From positions 1,290,001 to 1,322,000 of the forward strand of contig NC_000964.3 of the NCBI RefSeq assembly GCF_000009045.1: a DNA stretch of 32,000 nucleotides. The letters run 5' to 3'. The notes beneath the pieces are model-generated. The model did no database searches, was not told where the DNA came from, and saw only the letters and a list, made by a program, of their open reading frames with translations. Origin of the DNA: Bacillus subtilis subsp. subtilis str. 168 (GTDB lineage: Bacteria > Bacillota > Bacilli > Bacillales > Bacillaceae). Of the stretch, positions 7,726 through 15,485 are shown piece after piece. The translations under genes and the position numbers were made by a program. The stretch's first letter is position 1. Each line of letters starts with the position of its first letter.

Positions 7726-8223
7726 ATGGAAAGAGAGACACAGACATACTTCTTTCCGGATGACGGCAGGATTCCGAATCACCCTGATTTTCCGCTCGTG
7801 GTGTATCAAAACGCGCTTAAGGACACCGGACTGGCAGAGCGGATCGTCACCCGGCATGGCTGGTCAAACAGCTGGTCAGGGAGTGTTTTTCCATACCATC
7901 ATTATCACAGCAATACGCATGAAGTCCTGATTGCCCTTAGGAGAGAGGCTGTGATTCAGTTTGGGGGAGAAAAAGGGGCTGCCATCCCTTTCAAATCAGG
8001 CGACGCAGTCGTGATTCCAGCCGGAGTCGGACATAAAAAGCTCAGCTCAAGCCCCGATTTTACTGTCCTTGGCGCCTATCCCGGTGGCGTTCAGTACGAT
8101 ATGAAGACGGGGAAGCCGAATGAGCGGGAGGAAGCGGTCAAACAGATTAAGCAGGCGGCGTTGCCGGCGAATGATCCGATCACAGGAAAAAGAGAGCCTC
8201 TATTGGAAATATGGGTAAAGTGA
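7726..8223 (+). CDS. yjlB: Cupin-fold protein of unknown function
   Basis: 165 aa. Start reset to the ATG at 7726 (MERETQ), 5 nt after GGGAGGTGA. Beta-rich sequence with a cupin-like His cluster (YHHYHSNTHE ... PAGVGHK). Confidence 0.83.
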   Translation: MERETQTYFFPDDGRIPNHPDFPLVVYQNALKDTGLAERIVTRHGWSNSWSGSVFPYHHYHSNTHEVLIALRREAVIQFGGEKGAAIPFKSGDAVVIPAGVGHKKLSSSPDFTVLGAYPGGVQYDMKTGKPNEREEAVKQIKQAALPANDPITGKREPLLEIWVK

Positions 8224-8489
8224 AGGGGAGAAATTGCTGGATTGTCAATAACTAGTGCCGCAGAAACGATATGACATGAGCTCCATATAAATTAATTTCA
8301 TAATCGAAGCAATTCACGTTCAAATTTTGTTCAAAAAGTGTTATCATATAGAAGGTAATCGAATTGGAGTTTTTTGTGTTTGCTATTTTCAGAGAGAGTA
8401 AAGGATTTTGACTTATTCAATTGTTTATTTTTAGATAAAAATAATACTGAATATGGCAAGATGAAAAACTGGGTAGTAAACATTTATTT

Positions 8490-8518
8490 TTGTAAATGAT
8501 TGTGCATGAATTCACAAT
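8490..8518 (+). promoter_or_regulatory. Candidate sigma-A promoter of yjlC-ndh (TTGTAA-17-CACAAT)
   Basis: -35 TTGTAA at 8490-8495 and -10 CACAAT at 8513-8518 with a 17-bp spacer. The Rex box covers the spacer and the -10. Confidence 0.45.
8500..8517. promoter_or_regulatory. Rex (redox-sensing repressor) operator
   Basis: TTGTGCATGAATTCACAA matches the Rex consensus TTGTGAA-N4-TTCACAA (inverted repeat TTGTG/CACAA). yjlC-ndh is a known Rex target. Confidence 0.8.
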
Positions 8519-8611
8519 CCTTATTCTTATGCCTTAAAAGCGTGAGACAGGGAGAGGCACTACCCTTTCCAAAAAAATCAGCAAACTGCTTATAGTAAAG
8601 GAGAATTGGAT

Positions 8612-9034
8612 ATGCCAGAAACAATCGATCAAACAAATGCGTCTGTCAGCCAAAGCCAGCAAGATCTTATTGATCAGCTATTAAAGCCAGAAGTTCAAGA
8701 ATCATTGACTGTTTTAGTTGACCAGCTTCCGAAGCTGACTGAGTTAGTGAATATTTTAACGAAGTCTTATGATTTCGCTCAGTCTGTAGCGACTGACGAA
8801 GTGTTAAAGAGCGACACAGTCGGTGCGATCACTGAAATTCTCGAGCCTGTAAAAGAAACAGCGAAAGAAGTAGCTGCGACTGCGATCGAAGCAAAAGACC
8901 GCGCGGAAGCAAGCAACGAAACAATTGGACTTTTCGGCCTTCTTCGCATGCTGAAAGATCCTCAAGCTCAAAAGCTGTTCCGTTTTGCTAACAGCTACCT
9001 TGAAGTCATGAACGAACGCGAAAACCAAAAATAA
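8612..9034 (+). CDS. yjlC: DUF1641-family protein, co-transcribed partner of NDH-2
   Basis: 140 aa. Start reset to the ATG at 8612 (MPETIDQ), 7 nt after AAGGAGA. Helical, acidic sequence. ndh starts 39 nt after its stop. Confidence 0.85.
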   Translation: MPETIDQTNASVSQSQQDLIDQLLKPEVQESLTVLVDQLPKLTELVNILTKSYDFAQSVATDEVLKSDTVGAITEILEPVKETAKEVAATAIEAKDRAEASNETIGLFGLLRMLKDPQAQKLFRFANSYLEVMNERENQK

Positions 9035-9073
9035 TCTCAGATTCAAATTGATATAAAGGACGGAGGATATACG

Positions 9074-10252
9074 ATGTCAAAACATATTGTCATTCTAGGC
9101 GCTGGTTATGGCGGAGTTCTTTCTGCTCTAACAGTTCGCAAACATTACACAAAAGAACAAGCACGCGTGACAGTGGTAAACAAATACCCAACTCACCAAA
9201 TCATTACGGAATTACACCGCCTTGCTGCAGGCAACGTGTCTGAAAAAGCGGTTGCAATGCCATTAGAAAAACTTTTCAAAGGCAAAGACATTGATCTTAA
9301 AATTGCGGAAGTAAGCTCTTTCTCTGTTGATAAAAAAGAAGTTGCGCTTGCTGACGGTTCTACATTAACTTACGATGCGCTTGTTGTAGGTCTTGGTTCT
9401 GTAACGGCTTACTTCGGCATCCCAGGTCTTGAAGAAAACAGCATGGTATTGAAATCTGCTGCCGATGCGAACAAAGTCTTCCAACATGTTGAAGATCGTG
9501 TGCGCGAGTACTCTAAAACGAAAAACGAAGCAGATGCAACAATCCTTATCGGCGGAGGCGGCTTAACAGGTGTTGAGCTTGTTGGTGAGCTTGCTGACAT
9601 CATGCCGAACCTTGCGAAAAAATACGGCGTAGACCATAAAGAAATCAAATTGAAACTTGTTGAAGCAGGTCCGAAGATCCTTCCTGTTCTTCCGGATGAT
9701 CTTATCGAGCGTGCGACTGCAAGCCTTGAAAAACGCGGCGTTGAGTTCTTAACAGGTCTTCCTGTTACAAATGTAGAAGGAAACGTAATCGATCTGAAAG
9801 ACGGATCTAAAGTTGTTGCCAACACATTTGTTTGGACTGGCGGCGTACAAGGTAACCCATTAGTCGGTGAATCAGGCCTAGAAGTGAACCGCGGACGCGC
9901 GACTGTAAATGACTTCCTGCAATCTACATCTCATGAAGATGTATTCGTTGCTGGAGACAGCGCAGTTTACTTCGGTCCAGACGGCCGTCCATACCCGCCA
10001 ACTGCACAAATCGCATGGCAAATGGGTGAGCTGATCGGTTACAACCTATTCGCTTACCTAGAAGGCAAAACGCTTGAAACATTCAAGCCAGTAAACTCTG
10101 GTACACTTGCAAGCCTTGGACGCAAAGACGCGGTTGCCATCATTGGTGCTAATTCTACACCGCTTAAAGGTCTTCCTGCTTCCTTGATGAAAGAAGCAAG
10201 TAATGTACGATATTTGACACATATTAAAGGACTTTTCAGCCTGGCTTACTAA
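9074..10252 (+). CDS. ndh: Type-2 NADH dehydrogenase (NDH-2)
   Basis: 392 aa. Two dinucleotide folds, ILGAGYGG (FAD) and IGGGGLTGVE (NADH). SD GGAGGA. Confidence 0.95.
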   Translation: MSKHIVILGAGYGGVLSALTVRKHYTKEQARVTVVNKYPTHQIITELHRLAAGNVSEKAVAMPLEKLFKGKDIDLKIAEVSSFSVDKKEVALADGSTLTYDALVVGLGSVTAYFGIPGLEENSMVLKSAADANKVFQHVEDRVREYSKTKNEADATILIGGGGLTGVELVGELADIMPNLAKKYGVDHKEIKLKLVEAGPKILPVLPDDLIERATASLEKRGVEFLTGLPVTNVEGNVIDLKDGSKVVANTFVWTGGVQGNPLVGESGLEVNRGRATVNDFLQSTSHEDVFVAGDSAVYFGPDGRPYPPTAQIAWQMGELIGYNLFAYLEGKTLETFKPVNSGTLASLGRKDAVAIIGANSTPLKGLPASLMKEASNVRYLTHIKGLFSLAY

Positions 10253-10270
10253 TCCTTTTAATGAATCTGG

Positions 10271-10320
10271 CATTGCCAAAAGCATTCCTTTCCGAGTGCT
10301 TTCTGGCAATGTCTTTTTTT
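10271..10320 (+). terminator. Rho-independent terminator of yjlC-ndh
   Basis: CATTGCCAAAAGCA ... TGCTTTCTGGCAATG (one bulge) followed by TCTTTTTTT. Confidence 0.85.
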
Positions 10321-10327
10321 ATGTTTA

Positions 10328-10341
10328 TGACAGCGTTAACA
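10328..10341. promoter_or_regulatory. cre-consensus site / upstream half-operator
   Basis: TGACAGCGTTAACA fits TGWNANCGNTNWCA at every constrained position. Its right part, CGTTAACATTT, is identical to the right arm of the main exu palindrome. Confidence 0.55.
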
Positions 10342-10361
10342 TTTCATTTTCAAAAAAGAGA

Positions 10362-10390
10362 TTGATCCCAAAGGAATATAAAGGTAAAAT
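10362..10390 (+). promoter_or_regulatory. Sigma-A promoter of the exu operon (exu P1)
   Basis: TTGATC (10362-10367), 17-bp spacer, TAAAAT (10385-10390). Predicted start near 10397. Confidence 0.8.
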
Positions 10391-10399
10391 AAAAACAAA

Positions 10400-10425
10400 T
10401 CAAAATGTTAACGTTAACATTTTGA
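10400..10425. promoter_or_regulatory. 26-bp perfect palindrome, ExuR (LacI-family) operator; core also fits cre
   Basis: TCAAAATGTTAAC|GTTAACATTTTGA, centred about 15 bp downstream of the predicted start. This agrees with my recollection of the published exu P1 description. The core TGTTAACGTTAACA (10406-10419) also matches the cre consensus. Confidence 0.85.
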
Positions 10426-10449
10426 AATAGAATGAAAGACGGTGAGGAC

Positions 10450-11871
10450 ATGGAACCCTTCATGGGCAAAAACTTTTTATTGAAAAATGAAACCGCTGTC
10501 AGCCTCTATCACAATTATGCGAAAGACATGCCAATTATTGATTACCACTGCCACTTAAGTCCGAAAGAAATCTATGAAAATAAGACATTTCAAAACATCA
10601 CGGAAGCCTGGCTGTATGGTGACCATTATAAATGGCGCATCATGAGAGCCAATGGAATTGAGGAGACATACATTACCGGAGATGCGCCTGATGAGGAGAA
10701 ATTTATGGCTTGGGCGAAAACCGTGCCGATGGCGATTGGCAACCCGCTCTACAACTGGACTCACTTAGAATTGCAGCGTTTTTTTGGCATTTACGAGATT
10801 TTAAACGAGAAGTCCGGGTCGGCTATATGGAAACAGACAAATAAACTGCTCAAAGGGGAAGGCTTCGGGGCAAGGGATTTAATCGTGAAATCAAATGTAA
10901 AGGTCGTGTGCACCACAGATGACCCTGTTGATTCTCTTGAATACCATTTATTGTTAAAAGAAGACAAAGACTTTCCTGTCAGTGTGCTGCCTGGATTTCG
11001 GCCGGATAAAGGACTTGAGATCAATCGTGAAGGCTTTCCTGAGTGGGTGCAGGCGCTTGAAGATGCCGCTGCCATATCGATTACAACCTATGATGAGTTT
11101 TTAAAGGCGTTGGAAAAACGAGTGCGATTCTTCCACTCAGCCGGCGGCAGAGTTTCTGATCACGCGATAGATACAATGGTATTTGCCGAAACAACAAAAG
11201 AAGAAGCTGGACGGATTTTTTCTGACAGATTACAAGGAACAGAGGTTTCTTGTGAAGATGAGAAGAAATTTAAGACATATACGCTTCAGTTTCTTTGCGG
11301 TTTGTATGCGGAGCTCGATTGGGCGATGCAGTTTCATATCAACGCTTTAAGAAACACGAATACAAAAATGATGAAAAGGCTCGGACCTGATACAGGGTAT
11401 GATTCAATGAACGATGAAGAAATTGCTAAGCCTTTATACAAGCTGCTGAACTCAGTTGAGATGAAGAACCAGCTGCCGAAAACGATTTTATATTCACTGA
11501 ATCCAAATGATAACTATGTCATCGCCAGCATGATCAACAGTTTTCAGGACGGTATTACCCCGGGAAAAATACAATTCGGCACAGCCTGGTGGTTTAACGA
11601 TACTAAAGACGGAATGCTCGACCAAATGAAAGCGTTATCAAATGTTGGCCTTTTCAGCCGTTTTATCGGCATGCTCACCGATTCCAGAAGCTTTCTTTCG
11701 TATACGCGCCACGAATATTTCAGGCGGATCGTCTGCAATTTGATTGGAGAATGGGTGGAAAACGGCGAAGTGCCGCGCGATATGGAGCTTCTGGGAAGCA
11801 TCGTTCAGGGGATTTGCTATGACAATGCGAAACACTACTTTCAATTTCAAGAAGAGAAAGCAAACGTGTAA
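10450..11871 (+). CDS. uxaC: Uronate (glucuronate/galacturonate) isomerase
   Basis: 473 aa. Start reset to the ATG at 10450 (MEPFMGKNF) after GGTGAGGA. Family motif DYHCHLSP near the N-terminus. Confidence 0.95.
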   Translation: MEPFMGKNFLLKNETAVSLYHNYAKDMPIIDYHCHLSPKEIYENKTFQNITEAWLYGDHYKWRIMRANGIEETYITGDAPDEEKFMAWAKTVPMAIGNPLYNWTHLELQRFFGIYEILNEKSGSAIWKQTNKLLKGEGFGARDLIVKSNVKVVCTTDDPVDSLEYHLLLKEDKDFPVSVLPGFRPDKGLEINREGFPEWVQALEDAAAISITTYDEFLKALEKRVRFFHSAGGRVSDHAIDTMVFAETTKEEAGRIFSDRLQGTEVSCEDEKKFKTYTLQFLCGLYAELDWAMQFHINALRNTNTKMMKRLGPDTGYDSMNDEEIAKPLYKLLNSVEMKNQLPKTILYSLNPNDNYVIASMINSFQDGITPGKIQFGTAWWFNDTKDGMLDQMKALSNVGLFSRFIGMLTDSRSFLSYTRHEYFRRIVCNLIGEWVENGEVPRDMELLGSIVQGICYDNAKHYFQFQEEKANV

Positions 11872-11878
11872 CAAAGTG

Positions 11879-11901
11879 TCCGCTCAGTATCGCTGAGCGG
11901 A
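11879..11901 (+). other. Intra-operon GC-rich stem-loop without a U-tract
   Basis: TCCGCTCAG tatcg CTGAGCGGA (9-bp stem), 8 nt after the uxaC stop, followed by tcactatcc with no T-run. Confidence 0.6.
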
Positions 11902-11938
11902 TCACTATCCGAAAATTCTTAAGACACAGAGGTGGAAC

Positions 11939-13318
11939 ATGCGAACTGAACTGGCAAATAAGGTTGTGTCGGTCGAAACGGAAAAAAGGCTTTCATTGAA
12001 AGAGAAAATGTCCTATGGCTTTGGTGATTTTGGCAACGGTTTTATGTTTGATCTCGGCCAGATTTATTTATTGAAGTATTTCACTGATGTAGCGGGAATC
12101 CCCGCTGCGATGGCCGGCGGCATTTTTTTAGTCAGTAAGCTGTTTGCAGCGATAACAGATCCAATTGTCGGCTCATCAATCGATTATCGCAAAAACATCG
12201 GCAAACGGGGGAAATTCAGGCCTTATCTATTAATCGGCAGCATCGTGCTTGCGGTGCTTACTGTTCTTATTTTTCTGTCTCCCAATGTATCAACGACCGG
12301 AAAACTGATATATGCATATGCATCCTATATGATTTGGGGCATCGGCTATTCGTTTGTGAATATTCCGTACGGCTCATTAGGGGCAGCGATGACTCAAAAT
12401 TCTGAGGACCGGACCTCCATTTCGACGTTCCGCCAAATCGGATCACTTGGCGCCTTGTTTATCACAAGTGTGGCCGTGATGCCGCTGCTCGTCAAGTTTG
12501 ATAATCCGAAGGTCGGCTACCCGGTGGTCATGGGCTTGTTCGCCGCGCTCGGTGTGTTTTGGTTTTATATTTGCTACCGCAACTGCAAAGAGCGCATTAT
12601 CATATCGGAAGCACCCAAAGAAAAATTAACACTCTCATCTGTCGTCAAAACATTTATTACAAATAAACCGCTGTTAACCCTTGTCCTGATGACGATTTTT
12701 TCAATTTCCGCATACAACATTAAATCCGCCATGCTCGTCTATTTCGCACAATATAACTTGGGCAATGTTGAATTAATGGCTTATATGAACTTCATCATTA
12801 TTGGTTCTTCCTTTTTGGGCGTCGTATTCCTTCCAAAGCTCGTCAAGATGTTTGGAAAGAAACGAACGGCAATGATCGGCTTTGGCATCAGTGTGGCCGC
12901 GGATCTGATCAACTTTATGCTTCCATCTAACGTTTATGTGTTTACAATTCTCGCCAGTATCGCCTTTATCGGAATCAGTATCCCAAATGGCATCACGTGG
13001 GCTCTTGTCTCCGATATTATCGACTATGGCGAATGGAAATCCGGTGAACGGAAGGAAGCAACGACATATTCACTTTTCAATTTCTCAAGAAAGCTTGCTC
13101 AATCTTTGTCTGGCTTTCTCTCGGGGATCGGTTTGGGGATTATCGGCTATGTGCCGAATGCAGTCCAGACAGCACAGGCGCTGATTGGCATCAAAGCGCT
13201 GCTTCTTCTGTATCCGGCCATTGCTTTGGCATTAGCGATGTTCATTATCGGCTTTCTTTATAAACTCACAGACCAGCAGCATGCTCAGATCGTTCAGGAT
13301 CTTCATCAAAAGAGCTGA
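11939..13318 (+). CDS. yjmB: GPH-family (glycoside-pentoside-hexuronide):cation symporter
   Basis: 459-aa 12-TM protein. GPH-type N-terminal motif YGFGDFG and loop motif ITDPIVGSSIDY. SD GAGGTGG. Confidence 0.9.
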   Translation: MRTELANKVVSVETEKRLSLKEKMSYGFGDFGNGFMFDLGQIYLLKYFTDVAGIPAAMAGGIFLVSKLFAAITDPIVGSSIDYRKNIGKRGKFRPYLLIGSIVLAVLTVLIFLSPNVSTTGKLIYAYASYMIWGIGYSFVNIPYGSLGAAMTQNSEDRTSISTFRQIGSLGALFITSVAVMPLLVKFDNPKVGYPVVMGLFAALGVFWFYICYRNCKERIIISEAPKEKLTLSSVVKTFITNKPLLTLVLMTIFSISAYNIKSAMLVYFAQYNLGNVELMAYMNFIIIGSSFLGVVFLPKLVKMFGKKRTAMIGFGISVAADLINFMLPSNVYVFTILASIAFIGISIPNGITWALVSDIIDYGEWKSGERKEATTYSLFNFSRKLAQSLSGFLSGIGLGIIGYVPNAVQTAQALIGIKALLLLYPAIALALAMFIIGFLYKLTDQQHAQIVQDLHQKS

Positions 13319-13332
13319 CAATATAATATAAA

Positions 13333-13361
13333 GAATATTTAAAATAATTTGTAAATAAAAT
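13333..13361 (+). promoter_or_regulatory. Candidate sigma-E-type internal promoter upstream of yjmC
   Basis: GAATATT (13333-13339), 14-bp spacer, AATAAAAT (13354-13361), compared with consensus kmATATT-N14-CATACAAT. It lies in a 104-bp AT-rich gap. Match is by eye only. Confidence 0.3.
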
Positions 13362-13422
13362 GTGTTTGTAGGGGTTTCGCTTGGAGAGTGCCCAAAAAAC
13401 TGAAAAGGAAGGAGGCACTTGC

Positions 13423-14436
13423 TTGAAAACGATAACAATTGCAGCTGAAGAAGCAAAGGAACTCGTTTGGCAAAAGCTGGACGGTGCCGGTTTGAATGAA
13501 CGAGATGCTGAAAAAGTGGCAGATGTTCTCGTGCACGCTGATTTGCGCAATGTACATTCGCATGGCGTGCTGCACACAGAACACTATGTGAACAGGCTTT
13601 TAGCGGGAGGGATCAATCCTGGGGCACAGCCTGTTTTTAAAGAGACGGGGCCTGTGACCGGGGTGCTTGACGGAGACGATGGTTTCGGTCATGTGAATTG
13701 CGACATGGCGATGGACCATGCAATTGACATGGCGAAGAAAAAAGGAGTCGGCATGGTCACGGCCGTAAACAGCAGCCATTGCGGAGCGCTAAGCTATTTT
13801 GTGCAAAAAGCGGCTGACGAAAAGCTGATCGGAATGGCAATGACGCATACAGACAGTATCGTTGTCCCATTTGGGGGGAGGACTCCTATTTTAGGGACAA
13901 ATCCGATTGCTTACGGAGTTCCGGCTAAGCATAAAAAACCGTTTATCCTAGATATGGCGACATCCAAAGTGGCTTTTGGGAAGATTCTGCAGGCCCGTGA
14001 AGAGGGCAAAGAAATTCCTGAAGGATGGGGAGTCGATGAAAACGGAGAAGCAGTAACTGATCCTGACAAGGTCGTCTCACTTTCAACATTCGGGGGCCCG
14101 AAAGGCTATGGACTATCGATTGTAGTGGATGTGTTTTCCGGATTGCTGGCGGGCGCGGCTTTTGGCCCTCATATTGCCAAAATGTACAACGGCCTTGATC
14201 AAAAAAGAAAGCTGGGGCATTACGTTTGCGCGATCAATCCATCCTTTTTTACTGACTGGGATACGTTTTTAGAGCAGATGGATGCCATGATTGATGAACT
14301 GCAGCAATCACCGCCGGCTGTTGGATTCGAAAGAGTGTATGTGCCCGGCGAGATCGAGCAGCTGCATGAAGAAAGAAATAAGAAAAACGGAATTTCTATC
14401 GCCCGGAGCGTGTATGAATTCTTAAAAAGCAGGTGA
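13423..14436 (+). CDS. yjmC: Ldh_2-family (malate/L-lactate/sulfolactate dehydrogenase type 2) oxidoreductase
   Basis: 337 aa. Start reset to the TTG at 13423 ([10 protein letters not shown]), 7 nt after AAGGAGG. Family pattern HGVLHTEHY ... NSSHCGAL ... GTNPIA. Confidence 0.87.
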
Positions 14437-14441
14437 GTAAA

Positions 14442-15461
14442 ATGAAAGCGGTTCAAGTGCGAAAAGCGTATGATCTGGTGACAGCGGAGGTGAAGAAGCC
14501 AGTTCTTTCAAAGGATGATGAAGTGCTCGTGAAAGTCAAGCGAGTCGGCATTTGCGGTTCAGACATGCACATTTATCATGGAACGAATCCGCTCGCTACC
14601 CTCCCGAGAGTCATCGGACACGAGGTAACGGGACAAGTGGAGGCAGTTGGTGCGAATGTACAGAGCCTAAAACCCGGTGATCATGTGGTGATTGAGCCGA
14701 TTTCTTATTGCGGATCGTGCTATGCCTGCCGCAAAGGGCGGCCGAATGTTTGCGCCAAGCTTTCTGTATTTGGCGTACATGAGGACGGAGGCATGCGGGA
14801 ATATATTGTGCTTCCGGAAAGACAGCTTCACGCGGTCTCAAAGGACTTGCCTTGGGAGGAAGCAGTCATGGCCGAGCCTTATACGATAGGCGCCCAGGCA
14901 GTGTGGAGAGGCCAGGTGGAAAAAGGTGATACCGTCCTGATCCAGGGAGCGGGGCCCATCGGGATCTGTGTGTTAAAAATGGCAAAACTGGCGGGCGCTG
15001 CTGTCATGATGACTGACTTGAACAACGAGCGGCTGGCATTTGCGAAAGAAAACGGCGCCGATGCTGTTGTAAATGTCCAAGCAGAACATGTTGCCGAGCG
15101 GGTCCTTGAATGGACTGGGAATGAAGGAGCAAACGTGGTCATTGATGCTGTTTGCCTGCCGGAGACTTTTGCACTTTCAATTGAGGCTGTGTCACCGGCG
15201 GGACATGTGGTTGTGCTTGGATTTGATGAAAGAGCGGCTCAGATTTCTCAGCTGCCAATTACAAAAAAAGAAGTCACGATAACCGGATCCCGATTGCAGA
15301 CCAATCAGTTTCCAAAAGTGGTAGAGCTTTTGAATGGAGGCCGGTTAATGCATAACGGGCTGGTGACCCATACATTTTCAGTTGATGACGTTCATCATGC
15401 ATTTCAGTTTATTAAGGAGCATCCAGATCAGGTGCGGAAAGCCGTCATCACGTTTGATTAA
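14442..15461 (+). CDS. yjmD: Zn-dependent medium-chain alcohol/polyol dehydrogenase
   Basis: 339 aa. Start reset to the ATG at 14442 (MKAVQV) after AGGTGA. Catalytic Zn motif GHEVTG, structural Zn motif [18 protein letters not shown] fold GAGPIG. Confidence 0.9.
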
Positions 15462-15485
15462 ATGACTGAATCCGGAGGTGCGAGC

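Noticed and set aside
8376-8411. 11-codon ORF (GTG; MFAIFRESKGF) in the yjlC upstream region
   Set aside because: It has only a weak SD (TTGGAG) with a GTG start. It is too short to distinguish from chance, so I mention it only as context for the long-leader finding.
9409-9825. 138-aa ORF antisense to ndh
   Set aside because: It has the same shadow-ORF character: a Ser/Pro/Arg-rich translation, no translation signals, and a position fully embedded in a strongly supported gene.
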